Shown here: positions 28,401 to 36,817 of the stretch, piece after piece | Layout: every line of letters begins with the position of its first letter | Numbering within the stretch: position 1 is the first letter of the stretch | From: Fidelibacterota bacterium | Lineage (GTDB): Bacteria > Fidelibacterota > Fidelibacteria > Fidelibacterales > DSDE01 | Assembly: GCA_046735395.1 (NCBI GenBank) | Contig: JBJKQR010000001.1 | Location: 2,610 to 66,609 of the forward strand | Reading direction: 5' to 3' | Length of the DNA stretch: 64,000 nt | The notes under the pieces: model-generated | The model's input: the letters and a program-made list of their open reading frames with translations, nothing else | Told to the model about the DNA's origin: nothing | The model's database searches: none | Made by a program: the position numbers and the translations under genes

Positions 28401-28940
28401 ATGACTTCACAACCCAAACATTATTTTGAATTGAAAATGGAAACCCTGCAGGCCCTGGGAGAATGGGCTGCCGTCTCTGCGGAGAGAGCCTTGAACGTGT
28501 ATGAAATCCATAAAACGGAAGATTCCCGTCCCAGGGTGGCAATCTCTGCCATCAGGGAATTCGTCCTCAATGGAAAACGGACTCATCAACTGCGAAAAAT
28601 CGGTATGGATGCATACCGGGCATCTCTGGAGGCAACAGATCCCGCTGCATCGGCCGCAGCTATGTCTGCCAGCCTGGCGGCTGCATCGGCCTATACGCAT
28701 CCTTTCAGTGATCCCGGACAGGGACGGCATATTCTCGGGCCGGCGGCCTATTCCGCCCTGGCTCTTGAGCTGGCCGGCAAATCGGATCCGAGCATCGGAG
28801 ATCTGGAAATTGAACGCGCCATTTCTGAAGCGCCCCGGCCGGTCATTGAGCTCCTCCTGAAAATGCCCGAACGGCAGGCGGGAAAAAAGCGCATCGATCA
28901 GCTGCTGTATGCCCTGGATTCAGGATTAAGGAAGAGATAA
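28401..28940 (+). CDS. Imm-5-like putative immunity protein (family often mislabelled exonuclease SbcC)
   Basis: All-helical 179-aa protein. LGEWAAVSAERALNVYE..DSRPRVAISAIREFV...AAAMSASLAAASAYTHPF....HILGPAAYSALALEL matches this family's pattern from memory. Confidence 0.5.
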   Translation: MTSQPKHYFELKMETLQALGEWAAVSAERALNVYEIHKTEDSRPRVAISAIREFVLNGKRTHQLRKIGMDAYRASLEATDPAASAAAMSASLAAASAYTHPFSDPGQGRHILGPAAYSALALELAGKSDPSIGDLEIERAISEAPRPVIELLLKMPERQAGKKRIDQLLYALDSGLRKR

Positions 28941-29003
28941 GTACATAAAATCGATATTGCGTGCAACGTTTCCGCAATACCCTGAATAATTGAACCAAAT
29001 GAT

Positions 29004-29025
29004 AAAGCCGCCCGAAAGCGGCTTT
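29004..29025. terminator. Hairpin terminator shared by convergent genes
   Basis: Hairpin aaagccgc-ccgaaa-gcggcttt lies between the convergent ORFs ending at 28940 (+) and 29077 (-). Confidence 0.55.
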
Positions 29026-29076
29026 GTCTATTTTATAATATTAAGGATTGATTACGGTTAGTTCGGAGTCCCGGTC

Positions 29077-29907
29077 TCAGTATTTGTGGCCGCATTTGGG
29101 GCAGAACCGGTGTCCGGCTTCACGGGCGCTGCCGCAGTTTCCGCAGAACTTTCCGGCTGACCCAGCGGTACTGGCAGTAACGGGCGTACCGGAGCGGGTC
29201 AGAATGACCGAGAGAGCGGCGATGAGAATAACAATTATCACGACGAGAAACCACATCCAGGTCGGGAAGGACGATTCGGGCTGAGCAGTGCTTCCCCCGG
29301 TCGTGGTGTTGCCCATCTGTGACATCATTTCCTGGAGTACATCAATGGAAAGCTTTCCGTCCGGATTGGTATAGCTGAAACCGGCCTTGATGAGGTTTCC
29401 TTTTTTCTGAGTGCCCAGGTGTTTGACATGATATTCAAGGCCATGGCGGTCATTCTGTGTTTCATCTGCCGTGAAGGATAATTTGAAATCCTTCGCTGCG
29501 AGGGGTTTCTGGATGAAGATGTCACAACTATCTGTCACATCATAGGGCGTGAATAGCGAAAAATCCATATCTCTGCTGTCGGAACTGAAGGTGTGGGTGT
29601 AATATTCCAGATGGAAACTGTGATGAAGAAGGGTAAGGGTGACGCTATTCTCCCTTGTCTGAAAAGCCACGCTGCTGTCCGGATTCAGAGTTGTTCCCAT
29701 CGTCAGGACGCGGCTCACATCACCGGGCACCGGAAAGGTGACCGTAGCCGGAAGTCCGGTCTCGGCAGGAAGTATCCCTTCCAGCATAACCAGAACGCCC
29801 GGATGATCATAATCGGGCCACAGGCTGATAGAAATATCCTTCAGGGTTTCTCCCTGCAATGCGGCGAAGGCCAGCAGAAGTGTCAGGCTTGTAAATAAAC
29901 GTTTCAT
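29077..29907 (-). CDS. Single-pass membrane protein with an extracytoplasmic domain and a C-terminal zinc ribbon
   Basis: Signal peptide, a roughly 200-aa domain, the TM helix WMWFLVVIIVILIAALSVIL, then FCGNCGSAREAGHRFCPKCGHKY (CxxC...CxxC). Confidence 0.7.
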   Translation of the reverse strand: MKRLFTSLTLLLAFAALQGETLKDISISLWPDYDHPGVLVMLEGILPAETGLPATVTFPVPGDVSRVLTMGTTLNPDSSVAFQTRENSVTLTLLHHSFHLEYYTHTFSSDSRDMDFSLFTPYDVTDSCDIFIQKPLAAKDFKLSFTADETQNDRHGLEYHVKHLGTQKKGNLIKAGFSYTNPDGKLSIDVLQEMMSQMGNTTTGGSTAQPESSFPTWMWFLVVIIVILIAALSVILTRSGTPVTASTAGSAGKFCGNCGSAREAGHRFCPKCGHKY

Positions 29908-29943
29908 ATTACGACTCCAGGCTGTGATTTTAGGTTTGTTGAA

Positions 29944-30564
29944 TTATTTGAAATAATAATGAACGGACACTTGGGGAACATACATATAGATGTCCATTTT
30001 GCTGCTGAAGGTGAGGGGCAGTTCCAGACTGAGCCGGACATTTTCACTGGTCCGGAATTCCATGCCCAGGCCGACTCCGGCGTAAATCGTCATATCTGAC
30101 GTGGTTTCAGTCTTGTCCGTACCAACCTGGACGGCTTCATACACCGAGTTTGTTCGCACATACTGATAGCTGCGTTTCGTTTCTGTGGCCAGTTTGAAAT
30201 TTGAGGCTGCTCCGTAGAAGAGATAAAAGCGGGATTTTTCCGTCCGATGCAGAATGTGGAACAACTGTAATCCCAGGGATCCGCTCGTTTCCCTCCCGGG
30301 TTCAAATTCCTGGAAAAGAGAGCTGGTATCGGGGAAGTCCGTCTGCGTTCCGATGCTGCTGTAGTAGTCCGTTTTTTTGCCGCTGAGCAGGCTCAGATTG
30401 ACCTGGTATCCCTTATCTTCCTTGAAATGACGGTAACTGAAGCCGCTTCCGGAAATCATTCCGGCACCCAGGCCCAGACCCATCGTAAAATCTTCCGTCT
30501 GCGCTGATAACCCGAGCACCAGACTAAAAATGACTGCAGATATAATTCCAATTTGCTTCTTCAT
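29944..30564 (-). CDS. Small outer-membrane beta-barrel protein (porin/OmpA-like beta-barrel family)
   Basis: The start is moved to the internal MKKQIGIISAVIFSLVLGLSAQ signal peptide (ATG at 30564, aaagga 7 nt upstream). Alternating strand pattern, with a VSVHYYFK C-terminus. Confidence 0.7.
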   Translation of the reverse strand: MKKQIGIISAVIFSLVLGLSAQTEDFTMGLGLGAGMISGSGFSYRHFKEDKGYQVNLSLLSGKKTDYYSSIGTQTDFPDTSSLFQEFEPGRETSGSLGLQLFHILHRTEKSRFYLFYGAASNFKLATETKRSYQYVRTNSVYEAVQVGTDKTETTSDMTIYAGVGLGMEFRTSENVRLSLELPLTFSSKMDIYMYVPQVSVHYYFK

Positions 30565-30717
30565 ATTTATTCCTTTCCCGTCGGCAAGTTTAGGAAGTTT
30601 GGGAATAAAATCCAACGCAAAAGCAGGAGTCAAATATGTTGGCGGGACTATTCGAATGGTAAATGATGAATGTTGAATGGAAGAGCCCATTCTGCAAAGG
30701 ATCGTGGAGAGGGCACG

Positions 30718-31485
30718 TTATCTTTGCTGGTACTTGCGCATTGCGATCAGATATGCAGCGATAGTGGTTGCGATACACCAGAGCAGAGCAGCGTAAAGAT
30801 CGTTATTTGTGGATGCTATTCCGGACAGCAGATCCCGAATGCTGTTCACGATCGCTGTCACCGGCTGATGCTCGGCGAAGGTGCGGACTGCGGAGGGCAT
30901 GGTCTGAGTCGGGACAAAGGCAGACGAGATGAAGGGCAGGAAGATGAGAGGGTAGGAGAAGGCACTCACACCATCCACCGATTTTGCGGACAGTCCGGCA
31001 ATGATGGCGATCCAGGTGAGAGCAAGCGTAAAGAGGGTGAGAATTCCGGCTACCGCCAGCCAGGACGTGAATCCTGCTGAAGATCGGAAACCCATGAGCA
31101 GCGCCACCCCGATGATAACCAATACTGAAATCGCGTTGGAGACGAGTGAGGTGAGCACATGGCCCCAGAGCGCGGCAGATCTGGCGATGGGCATGGAGTG
31201 AAATCGGTCAAAAATTCCCCGCTGCAAATCGAGAAAAAGCCGGTAGGCCGTATAGGAAATGCCGCTGGCGACAGCCATCAGCAGAATGCCCGGCAGCAGG
31301 TAATTGACATAATTGTCCGACCCGCGGTGGAGTGCGCCGCCGAATACATAGACAAAGAGCAGCATGAATCCGATGGGCATGATGGTTACGGTGATGATGG
31401 TATCCATGCTGCGGAGTATATGCCGCATGGAGCGGCCCAGCATGACCATACTGTCACTGACAGTGTGAGTATGAATCCCTTCCAT
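30718..31485 (-). CDS. ABC-2 type transporter permease
   Basis: Six hydrophobic helices in 255 aa. It abuts the ATPase gene with no gap (31485/31486). Confidence 0.85.
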   Translation of the reverse strand: MEGIHTHTVSDSMVMLGRSMRHILRSMDTIITVTIMPIGFMLLFVYVFGGALHRGSDNYVNYLLPGILLMAVASGISYTAYRLFLDLQRGIFDRFHSMPIARSAALWGHVLTSLVSNAISVLVIIGVALLMGFRSSAGFTSWLAVAGILTLFTLALTWIAIIAGLSAKSVDGVSAFSYPLIFLPFISSAFVPTQTMPSAVRTFAEHQPVTAIVNSIRDLLSGIASTNNDLYAALLWCIATTIAAYLIAMRKYQQR

Positions 31486-32247
31486 TTAATTCTGCTCCTT
31501 TCTGCTTACAACCGACAGAAAAATATCTTCCAGCGACGGCTGTTTTTCCACATATTCCACCTTTGCCGGCGGAAACAGGCTCTTCAGTTCAGCCAGGGTC
31601 CCGTCTGCAATGATTCTTCCTTCGTGAAGAATCGCAATCCGGTGAGCCAGCTGCTCGGCTTCTTCCAGGTATTGGGTTGTCAGAAAAATAGTGGTGCCCT
31701 TTTCAGCCAGTTCACGAATCATCTTCCAGACTTCCAGCCGGGCTTCCGGGTCTAGACCTGTGGTCGGTTCGTCGAGAAAAATCAGATCCGGATCCCCGAT
31801 CAGACTCATGGCAATATCCAGTCTCCGGCGCATCCCCCCGGAGTACGCGGAAACCCACCGGTCGGCTGCCGAATTGAGATCGAAACGGGTCAGCAGCACG
31901 TCTGCGACAGTACCCGGATTTTTACTGTGGCGGAGCCGGGCGATCATCTGCAGGTTTTCCCGGCCTGTGAGCATTTCATCGACAGCCACATTCTGTCCGG
32001 TCAGACTGATGGATTCACGGACATGTGCCGCCTGTGATCTCACGTCAAACCCGTTTACCGATATCTCACCACTGTCCGCCGCCAGCAGCGTGGATAATAT
32101 TCTGACGATGGTGGTCTTGCCCGCGCCGTTTGAACCGAGTAAGGCAAATACCGAACCCTTTTTTACGGAAAAATCCACGCCGCTTAATACGTTGACATCT
32201 TTATATGATTTAAAAAGCTCCTTAACAGTAATTGCAGGTATTTCCAT
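31486..32247 (-). CDS. ABC transporter ATP-binding protein (DrrA-like exporter ATPase)
   Basis: Walker A GSNGAGKTT, signature YSGGMRRRL, Walker B LIFLDEPTTGLD. Confidence 0.92.
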   Translation of the reverse strand: MEIPAITVKELFKSYKDVNVLSGVDFSVKKGSVFALLGSNGAGKTTIVRILSTLLAADSGEISVNGFDVRSQAAHVRESISLTGQNVAVDEMLTGRENLQMIARLRHSKNPGTVADVLLTRFDLNSAADRWVSAYSGGMRRRLDIAMSLIGDPDLIFLDEPTTGLDPEARLEVWKMIRELAEKGTTIFLTTQYLEEAEQLAHRIAILHEGRIIADGTLAELKSLFPPAKVEYVEKQPSLEDIFLSVVSRKEQN

Positions 32248-32258
32248 TGTGCGCTTCC

Positions 32259-33125
32259 TTATAAGACCGTTACGTTTGACAAATCTACTGTTCCGATTCC
32301 CTTGAGCGCAGCATAGGTCAGCTTATCCATGCTCGCGCCGTCGAAACAGAGTGTCTTCATCGCCTTGTATGCTTTATTCGTAAGGGAAAAGGGGAGGCGG
32401 AAGGCTACGTTTTTCAGGGTCGCTCCTCTGAAGGATGCGTCATTGAGTGCACATTTATCAAAGCTAACTCCAATGAAAACCTGCCCGTCAAATCGCACAT
32501 TCCGCAGATCGCAGTACTTGAAACCCACTCCGTTGAAAATACAATTTTCAAAAAGGGTTTCCCGAAGGTCCGATTTTTCGAAACTGCTGTCTGTCAGGGT
32601 CAGGTTCGTGAATTTCACGTTTTTCAGTCCGGACATACTTACTGAAGTCCGTGTCAGAATACTTCCGTCGAAATGGGAATCTGACAGATGCAACATGGAA
32701 AAAACGCAGTCTGTAAGATTGGCTTTATCAAAATTGATGTCCCGTGCGTCAGAGGTGGAAAAATGGCTGCCGGTCAGATCCGATCCTGAAAAATCAGATC
32801 CCCGCAGCATGCTGGACTTGAATCGGCCGTTGTGGGCCTTCACTCCGGCCAGGTCGCTGTCCGGCAGATTGCTGGCGCTGAAATTTATCTGAACCTGCCG
32901 TTCCAGTGAGCGGGAAACATCGGCGATTTCCTGCACGGTCTCCTCAATATCACCGATACTTTCCACCGTAAGGCTGAATGCCGTTTCATCATCCTTCCCA
33001 TCAGCTTTCAGTTCACGGTATCTTTCCTCGAGATCTGCCAGCAGATCCGTCTTGAGCTCTGCTACGCTCTTTACCCCATCATACGGCGCGAACACGCCAT
33101 CCAGATAGTTTTTCAATTTTTCCAT
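32259..33125 (-). CDS. Pentapeptide-repeat protein with a PadR-associated N-terminal helical module
   Basis: The N-terminus MEKLKNYLDGVFAPYDG..ELKTDLLADLEERY is the type seen downstream of PadR genes. About 35 consecutive pentapeptide repeats follow (GSDFSGSDLTGSHFSTSDARDINFDKANLTDCVF...). Confidence 0.85.
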   Translation of the reverse strand: MEKLKNYLDGVFAPYDGVKSVAELKTDLLADLEERYRELKADGKDDETAFSLTVESIGDIEETVQEIADVSRSLERQVQINFSASNLPDSDLAGVKAHNGRFKSSMLRGSDFSGSDLTGSHFSTSDARDINFDKANLTDCVFSMLHLSDSHFDGSILTRTSVSMSGLKNVKFTNLTLTDSSFEKSDLRETLFENCIFNGVGFKYCDLRNVRFDGQVFIGVSFDKCALNDASFRGATLKNVAFRLPFSLTNKAYKAMKTLCFDGASMDKLTYAALKGIGTVDLSNVTVL

Positions 33126-33137
33126 AACAAAATTCCT

Positions 33138-33467
33138 TTACAGTAAATTTTCGAGAACCCGCTTCGCGTAGTCCCAGTTGTTCTTGTTGCGGTCATAAGT
33201 GGCCTTGCCTCTGGCTGTGATCCGGAAATATTTGCGCCGGCCGCCCTGCGTTTCGTCACCCCAGTACCATTCGATGTCACCGTCTGCCTCGAGACGCCGG
33301 ACCGAGGAATACATGGTCGCTTCCTTCAGTTCGTATTCACCGTCCGACCTGTCTGCTATCAGCTTCACGATCTCGTAGCCATAACGGTCCGCTTCGGACA
33401 GAAGCCGCAGAATCATGGTGTCCGTATGGCCACGCAGCAGATCAGACGTTATTTTGTTTTCACTCAT
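33138..33467 (-). CDS. PadR family transcriptional regulator
   Basis: LLRGHTDTMILRLLSEADRYGYEIVKLI....YELKEATMYSSVRRLEADGDIEWYW....GGRRKYFRITARG is a textbook PadR winged helix. It is the first gene of the minus-strand operon. Confidence 0.92.
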   Translation of the reverse strand: MSENKITSDLLRGHTDTMILRLLSEADRYGYEIVKLIADRSDGEYELKEATMYSSVRRLEADGDIEWYWGDETQGGRRKYFRITARGKATYDRNKNNWDYAKRVLENLL

Positions 33468-33646
33468 ATGCGCTCCTCATTTCGTGTAGAATATATGATA
33501 TAGTACTATGACAGTCAAGGTAATATATTGAATAAAGGTAAAATCATTTCCTCAAATAAGGGAATGCAGGAAAATCTGGTTACGTAAAAAAGTCCCGTTA
33601 AAGGGCCTTTGGAATGAAATATTTAATTAAAATTGGATGACTGTGT

Positions 33647-34585
33647 CTATTTCGATCCGAGGATTTTTGCAATTCCATCGGCTTTATCTTCAGATCTCCA
33701 GGCTGTCAGCTCCCGTTCTGCCAGTGAGGTCAGCTCCGTTTCCCGGCCGAGCGCCCTGAACATGCGTGTATAGATATCCGGTGTAATTTCAAACTGTTTG
33801 AGCAGTTTGTAGCTTTCGTACCTGACATTGTCGATGTGCTGAGGATCGAACATGCATTTCTGGGCCATGAGCGGACAGGTGACTTTGTCACGTTTCATTC
33901 CGAATTCAAAGAACATCCCGCATTTGGCGCAGAAGTATTTCCCTACTTCCCGTTCGCCCAGAATATCTATGAAGTCGATGTGCAGCTCCCGCTCAAGGGA
34001 GTAATGGGCTTTCAGCGTTTCGAGTGCTCCTTCCAGAATTTCCCTGATCTGCGGCTTCTTCCAGATTTTTTCCGCATCCATGAGTACGAAGGTGACAGAG
34101 TCTTCATTGATGCGCTGTGCCGTTTCGCAGCCGCTCAGAACGATGATAAAGCTTTTAATGGACTGGAGTGGCTGGCTGCTGCCGTTTTCGAATTTCCATT
34201 CCTTCAGAAAATCCAGGTAGGCCTGCGCAAATTTCTTCCCGTTTTCTCTCAGGTTTTCTGCCGTAATTCCGGCCAGAATTCGCTGAGGAATCTTGGGATA
34301 GAATAATCCGAATTTTTCCAGCGCCTCCGTATTTTCCGGATGAAAGTTTTCGATGGCAATGGGCGTATTCACGCACATGCCTGTCATGTAGGGGCATTCC
34401 GGTTTATCGAGGACAAAAAACTTCTTGCAGGTTACGCACCAGTAATGGTTTGATTCCGAGTAACTGCCGGCCGGAAAGGAATCTATTTTTGATTTTATCA
34501 TCTGCATCCGGTTCATTTTTTCGTTATCCACATTTCTCTCCTTTTGATGATCCAATGTTCTGAATGTTGTCAGGGTATATTTCAC
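33647..34585 (-). CDS. Hypothetical protein with two copies of a CxxC...CPxMxxxC zinc-ribbon-like module
   Basis: HYWCVTCKKFFVLDKPECPYMTGMCVNTP lies near the N-terminus and KYFCAKCGMFFEFGMKRDKVTCPLMAQKCMFDP near the C-terminus. I recognise no family. Confidence 0.6.
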   Translation of the reverse strand: MKYTLTTFRTLDHQKERNVDNEKMNRMQMIKSKIDSFPAGSYSESNHYWCVTCKKFFVLDKPECPYMTGMCVNTPIAIENFHPENTEALEKFGLFYPKIPQRILAGITAENLRENGKKFAQAYLDFLKEWKFENGSSQPLQSIKSFIIVLSGCETAQRINEDSVTFVLMDAEKIWKKPQIREILEGALETLKAHYSLERELHIDFIDILGEREVGKYFCAKCGMFFEFGMKRDKVTCPLMAQKCMFDPQHIDNVRYESYKLLKQFEITPDIYTRMFRALGRETELTSLAERELTAWRSEDKADGIAKILGSK

Positions 34586-34992
34586 CCCAGCTGTTCCCTG
34601 TCACATTCCATTTTCGGTGCGAATAATATTCAAAATATTCTGGAAATACAAATGATCTTTCTTGAGTAACAATTCGAATTTCAAATGCCTGTTTTCCGGT
34701 AAAAATACAGGGTCGCTCATTTTATATAGGAATTGTCATACATAGTACAAAATAACTATGTATTCCCGGATAAATTATCTGTATACTTATTGCAGGCAGC
34801 ATGAAAGTCAGGGGATATGGAATGACGGATCATGCAAATATATGGAATAATCAGAGCGGCACTTTCACACCATTCTACGGGGCGAAGGTGCTTGGATAGG
34901 AGGAAGAATCCGGGTCTCGGGATGGGAACAGTCTGAATGAGCAGGAAGGTTTGATTCGGAGGCAGGAAATAAATTGGGAAAAGGCGAATAAA

Positions 34993-35430
34993 ATGGAAAC
35001 AAGACAGAGTCATGAAATTTCCTTCAGTATTACGAATTTTCCGGATAAGAACTATTGCAGAGTGAAGATTATCGGACGCCTTACCCGGGATATCCTTTCA
35101 TCGATTCTGGAACAGGTCATGTCTCATCCCGAATATAAGCCGGGCATGAACCGGTTCTGGGACTTCTTGGAAACAGATGTGTCGCAGATGAGTCCGGAAG
35201 ATTGGCGAACCTATGCGAAGGTTGTCAGATCTCTGGAGTCCCAGCCGGGAAAAGTCCGGGCGGTTGCTCTGGTGGCCAATGATCTGGAATACGGAATGAT
35301 ACGCCTTTTTCAGTCAGTGGGAAATGGAATCCTGCCGACGGCAACCTATGTGACACGAAGTGAGGAAGAAGCGGAAGCATGGATCACGTCCACGGATCCC
35401 GGCCCGGGAAAAGGTGTTTCGGGCACTTGA
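34993..35430 (+). CDS. Hypothetical protein (possibly STAS/SpoIIAA-like fold)
   Basis: The track ORF starts at TTG 34951, and I prefer the ATG at 34993 (METRQSHE). It is small and soluble with no diagnostic motif, so the fold guess is weak. Confidence 0.5.
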   Translation: METRQSHEISFSITNFPDKNYCRVKIIGRLTRDILSSILEQVMSHPEYKPGMNRFWDFLETDVSQMSPEDWRTYAKVVRSLESQPGKVRAVALVANDLEYGMIRLFQSVGNGILPTATYVTRSEEEAEAWITSTDPGPGKGVSGT

Positions 35431-35449
35431 TAGTACATCGTAGATAATC

Positions 35450-35890
35450 ATGAGACTCTGGTCACTTCATCCTCGATACCTGGATTCAAAGGGCCTGGTC
35501 GCATTGTGGCGTGAAGGTCTTCTGGCCCAGGCTGTTCTGCTCGGCCGAACCCGTGGCTATCGTAACCATCCTCAATTGCTGCGATTCAAAAGCAGCGGGA
35601 ATCCGGCAGCAGCAATTAGCTCCTATCTGCGGAGTATTGCAGACGAAGCAGACAGACGACACTTTCATTTTGATATAAACCGCATAGAGCAGAGGGAAAC
35701 TGGTTTCGGGGAAATGCTGAGCGTGACCTCCGGACAACTGGAATATGAATTTCGGCATCTGCTGACTAAACTGAAGAAGCGTGATCCCGCCGGATACCAC
35801 GAATTGCGCGAAATACAGACGATTCAGCCTCATCCTTTATTTACAATCGTACTTGGCGATCCGGAAGACTGGGAGATCCGGAACGAATAG
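35450..35890 (+). CDS. Pyrimidine dimer DNA glycosylase / endonuclease V (DenV-like)
   Basis: The N-terminus MRLWSLHPRYLDSKGLVALWREGLLAQAVLLGRTRGYRNHPQLLRFK matches the conserved start of the bacterial Pyr_excise family as I recall it. Confidence 0.85.
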   Translation: MRLWSLHPRYLDSKGLVALWREGLLAQAVLLGRTRGYRNHPQLLRFKSSGNPAAAISSYLRSIADEADRRHFHFDINRIEQRETGFGEMLSVTSGQLEYEFRHLLTKLKKRDPAGYHELREIQTIQPHPLFTIVLGDPEDWEIRNE

Positions 35891-35899
35891 TTTGAGACC

Positions 35900-36216
35900 A
35901 CGAATTACACGAAGATATCTGACCACGGATTTCACGGATTGACACGCAAAAGATGAAGATATACCAGAGTTCGTGTTCATCTGTGTCCTTCGTGGAAAAA
36001 TGCTTTTGGTTTGTCATTGTTAAATACGAATTACACGAAGATATCTGACCACGGATTTCACGGATTGACACGAAAAAGAGGAAGAAATGACAGAGTTCGT
36101 GTTCATCTGTGTTCTTCGTGGAAAAATGTTTTTGGTTTGTCATTATTAAATACGAATTACACGAAGAAATCTGGCCACGGATGGCACGGATTGACACGAA
36201 TAAGAGGAAGATATAG
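35900..36216 (+). repeat. 126-bp tandem repeat, left array (2.5 units)
   Basis: Units start at 35900, 36026 and 36152, an exact 126-bp period. The third unit diverges from the consensus after about 36215. Confidence 0.95.
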
Positions 36217-36320
36217 TTTATAATAGTTTGGGTAATTCTGAATTTTTCGTAATAAAAAAACAAATGAAATTGAAGGCTATTATTGTTATTATGGAGTAGA
36301 CTTATCAATCAGGAGTTAAA

Positions 36321-36692
36321 GTGGGTATGATTTACAAAGATGAATCATTCAGGATAATTGGTGCCGCTATGGAAGTTCATAAAATACTCGGAAATGGATT
36401 TTTCGAACAGGTTTATCAGGATGCTCTCGAATATGAATTCCAACTGCGATCCGTTCCCTATGAACGTGAGAAATGTATCCAGATTCCATATAAGGGGATT
36501 ATCCTCAACAGAACCTTTGTCCCTGATTTTATTTGTTTTGAAAAAGTAATATTTGAATTAAAAGCCGTCGCCGAACTTTCCAAAACTCATGAGGCACAAC
36601 TGTTAAATTATTTAAAGGCTTCAGGATTCCGACTTGGCTTTCTTGTTAATTTTGGAAAGACTTATCTTGACTATAAACGTTTTGTTTATTAA
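36321..36692 (+). CDS. GxxExxY protein (small PD-(D/E)XK nuclease superfamily, PDDEXK_3 type)
   Basis: YKDESFRIIGAAMEVHKILGNGFFEQVYQDALEYEF contains the GxxExxY motif (GFFEQVY). A later D...E.K-type core (VPDFICFEKVIFELKAV) and a LVNFG tail are present. aggag lies 5 nt before GTG 36321, with an alternative ATG at 36327. Confidence 0.85.
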   Translation: MGMIYKDESFRIIGAAMEVHKILGNGFFEQVYQDALEYEFQLRSVPYEREKCIQIPYKGIILNRTFVPDFICFEKVIFELKAVAELSKTHEAQLLNYLKASGFRLGFLVNFGKTYLDYKRFVY

Positions 36693-36817
36693 TTAGCATC
36701 ACGATGATCGGGACCTTCGTTCCGGAATTTCCCAGAAATTGGTTTTTACAGGAATTGATCATGGCATTTTGATTCGTAATCGTATTATCCGTTAAAAGTG
36801 AACAAGAGTGGGGGATA

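Noticed and set aside
30565-30690. A 42-codon N-terminal extension of the beta-barrel ORF (track start 30690).
   Set aside because: A canonical signal peptide begins at the internal Met (30564), which has a ribosome-binding-like aaagga upstream. The extension has no signal-like features.
35841-36308. A 155-aa minus-strand ORF (and its twin at 36785..37135, 116 aa) runs through the 126-bp repeats. The period is exactly 42 codons, so the frame stays open and yields FVSIREIRGQISSCNSYLIMTNQKHFSTKNTDEHEL repeats.
   Set aside because: - The composition is not protein-like.
- The ORF runs into the 3' end of the denV-like gene on the opposite strand.
- The frame collapses in the more diverged units (37090 onward).
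- Differences between units do not look biased toward synonymous positions.

I treat it as a by-product of the repeat, but I did not compute dN/dS.
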